Shown: one piece after another, positions 16,271 through 24,480 of the stretch
Numbering within the stretch: the first letter of the stretch is position 1
How the letters are laid out: the number at the start of each line of letters is the position of its first letter
Assembly (NCBI GenBank): GCA_041652175.1
Contig: JBAZHY010000001.1
Span: 305-39,260, forward strand
From: Pedobacter sp.
GTDB taxonomy: Bacteria; Bacteroidota; Bacteroidia; Sphingobacteriales; Sphingobacteriaceae
Length of the DNA stretch: 38,956 nucleotides
Direction of reading: 5' to 3'
Translations under genes and position numbers: made by a program
Notes under the pieces: model-generated
What the model was told of the DNA's origin: nothing
Seen by the model: the letters and a program-made list of their open reading frames with translations, nothing else
Database searches by the model: none

Positions 16271-16584
16271 TGCATACCTACCAAACACCAAAAGGAACGG
16301 TAACGGTAATGAGCCGGGATGAATTTCAGGATAAAAAGAAAATTGGGGTTAATTGCCTTACACGTAGTTTATGGCATTGGGATAAATACGGTGGAGATAT
16401 AATTTATGATTCAAACCATGTAAAGGTTGTTACCTCTTCACGTTATTATCATGACCATGTAGAGCAATTCAATCCAATAGACATTTCAAAGTTCGGCATA
16501 GATTATTTTCTGTCCGCTCATAAAGATTTTTTGAACGATGATGAAATTGAGATTTTAAAAAGGTACTTTAATGAACAAATATAA
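16270..16584 (+). CDS. Hypothetical protein
   Basis: Operon tiling. Confidence 0.65.
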   Translation: MHTYQTPKGTVTVMSRDEFQDKKKIGVNCLTRSLWHWDKYGGDIIYDSNHVKVVTSSRYYHDHVEQFNPIDISKFGIDYFLSAHKDFLNDDEIEILKRYFNEQI

Positions 16585-16879
16585 AAACAGTAAAACGGTT
16601 GTCGATGGCCATAAATTCGATTCCCAAAAAGAAGCACGATATTACGGCATATTAAAAATGCGAAAGCTGGTAGGCGAAATAAAAGACTTCACGCTTCAGG
16701 AAACGTACTTGCTTGACGTTAATAATGTTAGAATAGGGAAATATATAGCCGACTTTAAAATAATTCATTACAACGGCTCTATTGAGGTCGTGGACGTTAA
16801 GGGTTTTAAAACTCCGGTTTACAATCTAAAAAAGAAATTAATGAAAGCGATACACGGAATTGAAATAATTGAGGTATGA
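16571..16879 (+). CDS. DUF1064 PD-(D/E)XK nuclease-like protein
   Basis: NKYKN.KT.VDG.KFDS.KEA...YIADF...VVDVKG.KT..Y.LKKKL. Confidence 0.88.
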   Translation: MNKYKNSKTVVDGHKFDSQKEARYYGILKMRKLVGEIKDFTLQETYLLDVNNVRIGKYIADFKIIHYNGSIEVVDVKGFKTPVYNLKKKLMKAIHGIEIIEV

Positions 16880-17058
16880 AAAATATGAAAACACTAACAG
16901 ACGAACAATTTGAAAAAATCAGGATGGCGATTAATTCAACCAACCTATGCCTAATGGCACATCCAGACAATGAGCCAGATTCGGAATTTGCAGACAGGAT
17001 TTATGATTTGCAAGAATGCCAATCCATTTTAAAAAGTATTGAGCATAAAGAGGTATGA
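16876..17058 (+). CDS. Hypothetical protein
   Basis: ATGA overlap. Confidence 0.65.
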   Translation: MKNMKTLTDEQFEKIRMAINSTNLCLMAHPDNEPDSEFADRIYDLQECQSILKSIEHKEV

Positions 17059-17064
17059 ATTGAA

Positions 17065-17128
17065 TTGTCATAGAAATGTCATATAGTAAAATTGCTATTG
17101 ACACGTATTAGTATTAGTACTATCTTTA
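17065..17128 (+). promoter_or_regulatory. Inverted copy of the 28-bp TGTCAT-repeat site, followed by promoter TTG...TATCTTTA
   Basis: TTGTCATAGAAATGTCATATAGTAAAAT at 17065-17092; -7-like box at 17121-17128. Confidence 0.65.
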
Positions 17129-17151
17129 TACTATACAAAAAGACAAAGAAA

Positions 17152-17421
17152 ATGAAAGCAATAATTGAAAACAAAAACACTTACAAAGTAACAGGGGAAA
17201 GGGGCGATTTTTTTATCACAGAAGATAATAGGGGAAAAATTAAAATGTTTGTAAAATCTACTGTAGAAATTGTGGAAATCGATGCTTTGCCAAAAGCGAA
17301 AAAATATTCAGCTGGACGTGTGCCATCTGATGCACAATACGCTCAAACAAGAAAGATGTTTGCAATGGCAGAAGCTAATGATTTGTATCTTCCTTGCCAA
17401 GTTTCAAGAATGAAGTTCTAA
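17152..17421 (+). CDS. Hypothetical protein, first gene of the moron
   Basis: Start moved to MKAIIENK after the promoter and A-rich leader. Confidence 0.7.
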   Translation: MKAIIENKNTYKVTGERGDFFITEDNRGKIKMFVKSTVEIVEIDALPKAKKYSAGRVPSDAQYAQTRKMFAMAEANDLYLPCQVSRMKF

Positions 17422-17432
17422 ATTATATAAAA

Positions 17433-17615
17433 ATGAAAAACTGGGATAAATTAACATCGCAACAAAAAAAAGCTTTTGGAGATCGTTTCATTACTCACGA
17501 AAGCAACTTGTCCGCATGGGATAAAAATTTTGACGAACTTTCGCCGCTAAAAAAGTGCAGAGTTATTAATTTTTTGCCATCTGACACATCGACACTTAAT
17601 TACGTTATCTCTTAA
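17433..17615 (+). CDS. Hypothetical protein
   Basis: Start moved to MKNWDKL. Confidence 0.65.
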   Translation: MKNWDKLTSQQKKAFGDRFITHESNLSAWDKNFDELSPLKKCRVINFLPSDTSTLNYVIS

Positions 17616-17809
17616 TGACCCCATCAATTAAAACAGCCCGGTTAAATGCCGGGCTTACTCAAAAACAGTTAGCTGATAAAATCAATAGTTATTCCGCTAA
17701 CATTTCCGAAATGGAATCGGGGAAGTTTAGTCCAAACTTAAAAACTCTGAAAAAGATTTCCAATGCGCTAAATGTCACTTTTGAAATTAAGCCCGATTTG
17801 CATTATTGA
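17615..17809 (+). CDS. XRE/Cro-family HTH regulator
   Basis: IKTARLNAGLTQKQLADKI...ISEMESGKFSPNLKTLKKISNAL. Confidence 0.92.
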   Translation: MTPSIKTARLNAGLTQKQLADKINSYSANISEMESGKFSPNLKTLKKISNALNVTFEIKPDLHY

Positions 17810-17825
17810 AAAATTTGTATATTTG
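17797..17825 (+). promoter_or_regulatory. Promoter for packaging genes (TTTG-N17-TATATTTG)
   Basis: Both Bacteroidota consensus boxes present upstream of terS. Confidence 0.7.
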
Positions 17826-17850
17826 AATAATCAAATTATTTCAGAACCGT

Positions 17851-18105
17851 ATGCAAGAGAACAGAGGAGGAGCCAGAGAAGGTGCAGGGCGTAAGCCTAA
17901 AGCTACCGAAATACAACTTATAGAGAGATTATCGCCTTTAGATGATCTTGCCTTAGACACTCTTAAAATGCGTATAGCAGAGGGAGATATGGCAGCCGTT
18001 AAATTATTCTTTGAGTATCGTTATGGTAAACCAAAGCAAGATATTGGTGTGTCTGGCGAAATGTCGCTTATCTGGAACGAAATCAAAAAATACGAATCTA
18101 AATAA
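17851..18105 (+). CDS. Terminase small subunit (putative)
   Basis: RGGAREGAGRKPK N-terminus; coupled to terL. Confidence 0.75.
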   Translation: MQENRGGAREGAGRKPKATEIQLIERLSPLDDLALDTLKMRIAEGDMAAVKLFFEYRYGKPKQDIGVSGEMSLIWNEIKKYESK

Positions 18106-19418
18106 TGGAACTATCCATAAAACAAACGATAGCCTTAGATTATTTAGAGGATGATATTACAAAAGAGTTGGAGTTTGGAGGAGGAGCAGGCGGTGGTAAA
18201 TCAGCATTGGGTTGCTATTGGCAAATTAAACGCAGGTTGCAATATCCGGGTACAAGAGGATTAATTGGTAGGGCATCTCTTAAAACTCTAAAAGACACAA
18301 CACTAAACACTTTCTTTCAGATTGCATCGATGCAAGGCTTAAAAGCAGGCAATCATTTTAACTACAATCAGCAATCAAACATCATCAAATGGTTTAATGG
18401 TAGTGAAACTCTGCTAAAAGATTTATTTTTATACCCATCAGATCCAAACTTTGACGAATTAGGTTCGCTTGAAATTACGGATGCTTTTATTGATGAAAAC
18501 AATCAGATAGTTGAAAAGGCTTGGAATATAGTAAAATCACGTATCAGGTATAAATTAGATGATTTTGGATTGATCCCCAAAATGATGGGATCATGCAATC
18601 CTTCAAAGAATTGGGTTTATAATCGCTATTACAAGCCGTTTAGAGATGGAACGCTACCGGATGATAAGAAATTTGTGCAGGCTTTAATATCCGATAATCC
18701 CTATATCTCAAAGCATTACAAGGAAAATCTATTAGGATTAGATAAAAACTCAATTGAAAGGCTTTTATATGGGAATTGGGAGTATGACGATGATCCATCC
18801 TCTTTAATACCTATTAACAAGATTTACGACTGCTTCAGCAATGAGTTTGTAGATGACGGCGAAATGTACCTATCTGCTGATATTGCACGATTTGGCAGGG
18901 ATAAGACTGTTATAGGCATTTGGAGCGGGTTCAGGCTAATTAAAATAGTTACGATTGATAGAAACAAAGTGACTGAGGCTGCTGATCGAATAAAATTACT
19001 ATGCAGGGAGTTTTCAATCCCGATTAGTAACGTAATTATTGACGATGATGGAGTTGGTGGAGGTGTAACTGATATACTTTCCGGTGCGACTGGATTTGTA
19101 AATAATTCAAGACCGATTGAAAATTCTCAGTCTGGTGAAGTTGAAAATTACAATAATCTAAAATCACAATGTTATTATAAGTTGGCAAATCAGATAAACT
19201 GCTCAAATTTGTATATTGCTGAAAATGAGTACAGAGACTTAATCGTTCAGGAATTAGAACAGGTCAAACAATATAATCAGGATAAAGACGGGAAAAAACA
19301 AGTATTGCCAAAGGATAAGATTAAGGAATTGATTGGCAGATCGCCCGATTTCTCCGATATGATTATGATGCGGATGTGGTTTGCTTTGGGTAAGAGATTT
19401 GAATTTGCAATAAAATAA
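18105..19418 (+). CDS. terL: Terminase large subunit
   Basis: Walker A GGGAGGGKS, Walker B FIDE, SCNP, nuclease motifs ADIARFG.D, IDDDGVGGG, SPDFSD. Confidence 0.95.
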   Translation: MELSIKQTIALDYLEDDITKELEFGGGAGGGKSALGCYWQIKRRLQYPGTRGLIGRASLKTLKDTTLNTFFQIASMQGLKAGNHFNYNQQSNIIKWFNGSETLLKDLFLYPSDPNFDELGSLEITDAFIDENNQIVEKAWNIVKSRIRYKLDDFGLIPKMMGSCNPSKNWVYNRYYKPFRDGTLPDDKKFVQALISDNPYISKHYKENLLGLDKNSIERLLYGNWEYDDDPSSLIPINKIYDCFSNEFVDDGEMYLSADIARFGRDKTVIGIWSGFRLIKIVTIDRNKVTEAADRIKLLCREFSIPISNVIIDDDGVGGGVTDILSGATGFVNNSRPIENSQSGEVENYNNLKSQCYYKLANQINCSNLYIAENEYRDLIVQELEQVKQYNQDKDGKKQVLPKDKIKELIGRSPDFSDMIMMRMWFALGKRFEFAIK

Positions 19419-19431
19419 TTACATTTACAAC

Positions 19432-19596
19432 ATGAAAACGTCTGCATACGAACTTTTAATTATATTTGCAATAGGTTTTTTACTATTTTCGTTTATTGCA
19501 GGAAGTATAAACACATTAGATTGGGGTATTATATTACGTTCAATATATATTTTAGTATGTTCGGCTGTTTTTTTAATCAATAAAAGATATGGCTAA
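19432..19596 (+). CDS. 54-aa two-TM membrane protein
   Basis: Read by hand: MKTSAYELLIIFAIGFLLFSFIAG...LINKRYG; TAATG coupling to portal; TACATTTA box upstream. Confidence 0.6.
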   Translation: MKTSAYELLIIFAIGFLLFSFIAGSINTLDWGIILRSIYILVCSAVFLINKRYG

Positions 19597-21002
19597 TGTT
19601 TAAGGGGTTATCCAAAATTATAGGCACTTTTCAACCGGTTGAGAATAATATCCTCAGCCAAATAGCCTATCAGTATTTTACCAATAATGACATTGTTTGG
19701 TACGATAATGCACAAGCGGAAGTATTCGTCAATAGAGGTTACAGGCAAAACGCTAATGTTTATGCCATTGTCCGAAAGATTGGGGATAAGAATAAAATAG
19801 CTCCTTTGTTGGTTTATACTGAAAAGAAAGGTAAAAAGAATCTCACCACAAAATATAAACAATACAAATTTTCAGGCAATTCAGATACTCATACGCAGTC
19901 TATTGCGATGCGTTCAAAGGCTTTGGAGTTTGCTGAAGGTACTGATTTAGGGCAATTGCTAAGACAGCCCAATCCGCATCAAACATGGTCTGAATTTATG
20001 GATGATGTTTCTGGATTCTATAATACTTGCGGTGAAGCGTTCATTTATGGAGTAGGCCCCGGCGAAGATTCAAAGAACTTTGGAAAATATACAGAACTTT
20101 ATGCAATGCCTTCGCACTTAGTTACAATTGTAGCAGGTGACATCATGAATCCGGTTAAAGGATATAAGCTACGTATTGGGGATGTGACAAAAGAGATTTC
20201 TGCAAGGGATGTCTGTCATATCAAAATGTTTAACCCTTATTGGACTGTTACAGGCGATCAGCTAAGAGGTCAAAGCCCATTACTTGCAGGATTAAAATAC
20301 TTGAAGCGTAATGATGTAGGATTATATTCATCATCAAAGTTATTAGAAAACAGGGGGGCGGAGACGATCGTAAGCCCAAACCATCCAGATTCAAAATATT
20401 GGTTAAATCCTAATCAGGTAACTGCCACAGAGCAAGCATTAGGGGAAAAGATAAACGGCCCAGCAAACAAAGGTAAGACCGTAGTATCTGGTATGCCATT
20501 ACAAGCGATTCAATTAGGATTAAGTCCGCAAGCCTTGCAGATTATTGAATCAATGAATGACGATGTTACGACACTTTGTTCACTTTGGGGAATAGACCCG
20601 ATATTATTAGGAAGAGGTACGGGAACTTATTCAAATCAGGAACAGGCACGAAAGGCATTGGTAACTGACATTACTATACCGTTTTTGAACATGATTGAGC
20701 AAAAGTTAATGCAATGGTTAGTACCTGCTTACTCAAAATCGGATAAAGTTGAGTACATCATTGACTTTGATACGACTGTTTACCCTGAATTGCAATCTGA
20801 TATGAAGCTGATTAAAGAGGTTTACTTAGATTCAAAAGTTCTTACAACGGATGAAAAGAGGGTAATGATTAACTTTGATGAGAGGGGTACTCCAGATGCT
20901 GATGTTATTTTAGTTGATTCAGGGATGATACCTTTATCAGATGCCTCAAGTTCAATGCCTGATGATGGAGAAGCAAAAGACATCTTTGGAGATTATCGCT
21001 AA
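19596..21002 (+). CDS. Portal protein, HK97-like
   Basis: LLRQPNPHQTWSEF, GEAFIY, RGQSPL, TYSNQEQA; position after terL. Confidence 0.93.
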   Translation: MFKGLSKIIGTFQPVENNILSQIAYQYFTNNDIVWYDNAQAEVFVNRGYRQNANVYAIVRKIGDKNKIAPLLVYTEKKGKKNLTTKYKQYKFSGNSDTHTQSIAMRSKALEFAEGTDLGQLLRQPNPHQTWSEFMDDVSGFYNTCGEAFIYGVGPGEDSKNFGKYTELYAMPSHLVTIVAGDIMNPVKGYKLRIGDVTKEISARDVCHIKMFNPYWTVTGDQLRGQSPLLAGLKYLKRNDVGLYSSSKLLENRGAETIVSPNHPDSKYWLNPNQVTATEQALGEKINGPANKGKTVVSGMPLQAIQLGLSPQALQIIESMNDDVTTLCSLWGIDPILLGRGTGTYSNQEQARKALVTDITIPFLNMIEQKLMQWLVPAYSKSDKVEYIIDFDTTVYPELQSDMKLIKEVYLDSKVLTTDEKRVMINFDERGTPDADVILVDSGMIPLSDASSSMPDDGEAKDIFGDYR

Positions 21003-21129
21003 TGAGCGTTACCCAATCCCTGCAAAGTGTTGCACGATCAGACTAAGGCAGATACTTGCTAAAAGAAAATTACTTATAGAACGACTGACCAATGACCGAG
21101 AGAGAGATAAGGAGATTATACCAACGTGA
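20941..21129 (+). CDS. Small basic hypothetical protein (start probably later, MMEKQK)
   Basis: Bridges portal and head-morphogenesis genes, overlapping both. Confidence 0.45.
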   Translation: MPQVQCLMMEKQKTSLEIIANERYPIPAKCCTIRLRQILAKRKLLIERLTNDRERDKEIIPT

Positions 21130-21874
21130 TCTGAACCGCTATCTGAAATTCGCTTACCGTGAATTTTACAAAGGGCTTAAAGAACAGGTCAGTCCAGCTT
21201 TAGAAAACCCATACGCTCAAGTATCAGCCGAGCCAATGATACGGGCATATAATCGGGTCTATGAATATGCCGGAACAGATCAAGCTAAAAAAGAATATGC
21301 AAGGCTAAAAAAACAGGAAGGCACAAAAGTAGAATTACAATTACTGTTAGCTACTTGGCGTTTATGGATGCGTGATTATGTAGTTAACAATTTAGCTACC
21401 ATGATTACCAATGTTTCACAAAACACTCAGGATGCGATAAATAGAGCCTTGCAGGATGGATTGTATGAGGGCGATACTCAATATCAATTAGTTAATCGAA
21501 TTTACCGTTATACTTTGGGGGAGGTTGGCAGAGTTCGTTCCCGATTGATTGGCAGAACGGAAGTTACCAGAGCGACCAACGTAGGGAAGCGAAAATCAGC
21601 AGACGATTATTCCAATCTGAATAACGGAATAACCATGTATAAGAAATGGATTCACGTTCCACAGAAAGAGAATAGAGATACTCACGTTGCAGAGGGAAAC
21701 AAGCCTCCGATTCCGATTGATCAGGATTTTGAGGTGCTGAATCAACAGACTGGTGGCATAAATCTAATGGCACAACCGGGGGATCCTACGGCAGGGGCAT
21801 CACAGACGTGCAATTGTGGATGTACGGTAATTTATATGTCTGAAAGATTTGCACGTAGAAATTATAAAATGTAA
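21092..21874 (+). CDS. Head morphogenesis protein, Mu gpF/SPP1 gp7-like
   Basis: RSRLIGRTEV.RA.N, KKW, R.TH, PGDP...NCGC. Confidence 0.9.
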   Translation: MTEREIRRLYQRDLNRYLKFAYREFYKGLKEQVSPALENPYAQVSAEPMIRAYNRVYEYAGTDQAKKEYARLKKQEGTKVELQLLLATWRLWMRDYVVNNLATMITNVSQNTQDAINRALQDGLYEGDTQYQLVNRIYRYTLGEVGRVRSRLIGRTEVTRATNVGKRKSADDYSNLNNGITMYKKWIHVPQKENRDTHVAEGNKPPIPIDQDFEVLNQQTGGINLMAQPGDPTAGASQTCNCGCTVIYMSERFARRNYKM

Positions 21875-21910
21875 ATTAGTGCTTTCATCATTAGTGTTTG
21901 GTTTATGGGG

Positions 21911-21943
21911 ATCGGGTGTCTTGGGAGAGCATCCGATTTTTTT
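21911..21943 (+). terminator. Intrinsic terminator
   Basis: ATCGGGTG...CATCCGAT stem followed by a T-run. Confidence 0.7.
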
Positions 21944-21951
21944 GTATTTAA

Positions 21952-21972
21952 TGTTACAAAGTGTTACATTTA
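21952..21972 (+). promoter_or_regulatory. TGTTACA direct repeats overlapping a TACATTTA -7-like box
   Basis: TGTTACA at 21952 and 21962 (10-bp period); third copy at 22003. Confidence 0.55.
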
Positions 21973-21976
21973 CATT

Positions 21977-22201
21977 ATGGCAAAGAAAAGAATATTTGTT
22001 AATGTTACAGATAACCAATTAAAGGTTATTGAAAAATTAAGGAATCAAGAAAATAGAAGTCAGTCATACATTGCAACTATGATTTTTAATGATGGTTTTA
22101 AGTTAGTAGAGAAAAATGAAATTGGAATATCAGGCGATGGGTTTATTGAATTTCAGGAACGGTTAAAAAATCATCCGTTTTATAAAGAAAAAAATAAATG
22201 A
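21977..22201 (+). CDS. Ribbon-helix-helix (CopG/Arc-like) regulator
   Basis: Start moved to MAKKRIFVNVTDNQLKVIEKLRNQENRSQSYIATMIF: beta-strand, helix, xSxS, helix. Confidence 0.7.
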   Translation: MAKKRIFVNVTDNQLKVIEKLRNQENRSQSYIATMIFNDGFKLVEKNEIGISGDGFIEFQERLKNHPFYKEKNK

Positions 22202-24480
22202 ACACAAAGCTATTAAGGCTTAACGATCTTGAACGCTCCCCGTTATGGGATACAGGTAACAGGAAATTTTTACACAGATGGAAAGAACACAATCAAATAT
22301 TTACTAACGAAATGGCAAAAGCTAAAAAACCCAAAGGTTTAAAAATTCTGATTACTACCGTATTTGACCGTAACTATAAAGAAGCTGGCAAAACAATGTT
22401 TAATACTATCCGAAGATATACGGATTGCACAAACATAGATTTTAAAGTCATTACGGCTGATACCGAAGTATTAAAAGAGTTTGGAGCGGATAACTGCCAT
22501 TTTATAACCGATGAGATAAAAGCAAGATATGCAAATGTAAAATATAGTACTGATTTGCCGGAGAATAAGTATGCGACTTCGTGGTATCGGTACGAAATAT
22601 TTAACATGACCGGATATGATCGGGTTTTGTGTATTGATTGCGATTGCATTTGTATTCAGGACATTTCCTATCTGTTTTCAGAGGAATTAAGCGAATTTGA
22701 TTTGATTTCAGTTGAGGATCATATTGTATCAAAGTGCTTTATGGCTCATGTTCCTGCTTTAGAACGTCAGGGTCTCAGATTTGAAAAGCTAATGCAACGG
22801 ATGAAAGAAGGCAAGATTGATATTCAGCCTGCTTTATTGGTTGCTAATAAATCAATAGTGAATAACAAATGGTATAGCAAGTTACTTGATTATGCTAATT
22901 CAGCAGACTTTTCATATTCGATTGATGAGGGGGTATTGAATGATTTTATCTACATGGAAGGTCTTAAGATTAAGTTACTTCCTTTAGAATGGGATTATCA
23001 AGACTGTTATGAGATTCATTGCAGGACACTACCAATACCTACTAATCCAATTATTGTTCATTGTCAGGAATCTAAGCCTTTTAAAAAGACTAAGCAACAA
23101 ATAGACAAACGAATGCACAAATGGCATGATAGATGGCATGAAGAAGCTAAACCGATTCAAGACAGAACGATTGTTGCTATTATCATTTGGAACAGGTTCG
23201 AGAATCTTAAATTATGGCTTAACTGTTGGAATCAATGCGATAGAGCCGGTGCGGAATTAGTTATCGTTCACAACTTAGAACAAGATAATGACAGATATGC
23301 TCAGATATGTAGCGATTACGGTGTGAAGTATGTTCCGCGTGAAAACAAAGGCTTTGACATAGGGGCTTTTCAGGATGTATGCAAAGAACGATTAAAAGGA
23401 TTCCCGAATAAATGGGATAATTTAATATGGATTACAGACGACTGCATACCAATGTCTAAAACTTTTGTAAGCCAGTATTTAACTGAATTAAATGCAGGGA
23501 ACTTACCTTGTTATGAGATTTCAGATGTCGTAAAAAGGCATGTAAGGACAACAGGATTCTCAGTAACTAAAGAAATAGCTAAGCAATTGACATTCCAGAA
23601 AGACCAGATTGAAAACCGCGAAGACTGCTATCACTTTGAGCATAAAAGCAAAACGGCTTTATATGAGCAGATTATAAGCATGGGGAAAACGCCTGTAATG
23701 CTTTCCAAAGACCTGAAAGAATCACCATTATGGGATGAGGGGGTAAGAGGCCATTTAGATTTGAAAGGAAAACATGAACAGGTATTCCAGCCACTTCCAA
23801 AAGGAATTACTAAATTAGAAAATGATAGTATTCTTGACCGGTTGGCAATTAAACATAAATGCGATAAGTCATCACGTTATCACAACTATTGCGTAAAGTA
23901 TGATAAGCTACTTTCGCATTATCGAGATACATTTACATCTATTCTTGAAATAGGTGTTGCACAAGGGCAGTCAGTTAGCATGTGGGCTGATTACTTTTCA
24001 AGGGCTATCATACACGGGGCTGATATTTCAAAAGCATCTGAATCATGTGAGGCATATTCTGACCGGATTAAGTTTCATTTGCTTGACCAAAGGAATTTGG
24101 CGCAATTAAAAAACATTGAACAGTTTTCACCGTTTGACTTAATTATTGACGATGGGAATCATTTCTGGATGGAACAGATTCAAACATTCCAAACCTTATT
24201 CCCCTATCTTAAATCGGGAGGTATTTACATTGTTGAAGATACCACTACATCCTACTGGAGAGAGTACAAAAATGCAAGGATTTCACCTGTTGAATATTTT
24301 AAAACCTTTGCAGATGATGTTCACTTAAAAGGGCGTAGGGGAACTGTTCCGTTAAATGCACCGGCTGAATTTGGAGATTGGGCAAAAGGATGGCACCGGA
24401 GAGAGGACTGTCATACAGGTGTACCGTTATTTGATTCGGTTCAATTTATGAATGGATTTATAGTAATTACGAAAGCATGA
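22198..24480 (+). CDS. Trimodular protein: GT8-like glycosyltransferase, RgpF-like putative glycosyltransferase, class I SAM (MycE-like) sugar O-methyltransferase
   Basis: YDRVLCIDCDC, DEGVLN, IVHC...KP (GT8); RENKGFDIGAF, WITDDC, HVRTTGF (RgpF-like, less certain); DKS..HNY...Y, ILEIGV, IIDDGNH, LKSGGIYIVED (O-MTase). Confidence 0.8.
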   Translation: MNTKLLRLNDLERSPLWDTGNRKFLHRWKEHNQIFTNEMAKAKKPKGLKILITTVFDRNYKEAGKTMFNTIRRYTDCTNIDFKVITADTEVLKEFGADNCHFITDEIKARYANVKYSTDLPENKYATSWYRYEIFNMTGYDRVLCIDCDCICIQDISYLFSEELSEFDLISVEDHIVSKCFMAHVPALERQGLRFEKLMQRMKEGKIDIQPALLVANKSIVNNKWYSKLLDYANSADFSYSIDEGVLNDFIYMEGLKIKLLPLEWDYQDCYEIHCRTLPIPTNPIIVHCQESKPFKKTKQQIDKRMHKWHDRWHEEAKPIQDRTIVAIIIWNRFENLKLWLNCWNQCDRAGAELVIVHNLEQDNDRYAQICSDYGVKYVPRENKGFDIGAFQDVCKERLKGFPNKWDNLIWITDDCIPMSKTFVSQYLTELNAGNLPCYEISDVVKRHVRTTGFSVTKEIAKQLTFQKDQIENREDCYHFEHKSKTALYEQIISMGKTPVMLSKDLKESPLWDEGVRGHLDLKGKHEQVFQPLPKGITKLENDSILDRLAIKHKCDKSSRYHNYCVKYDKLLSHYRDTFTSILEIGVAQGQSVSMWADYFSRAIIHGADISKASESCEAYSDRIKFHLLDQRNLAQLKNIEQFSPFDLIIDDGNHFWMEQIQTFQTLFPYLKSGGIYIVEDTTTSYWREYKNARISPVEYFKTFADDVHLKGRRGTVPLNAPAEFGDWAKGWHRREDCHTGVPLFDSVQFMNGFIVITKA

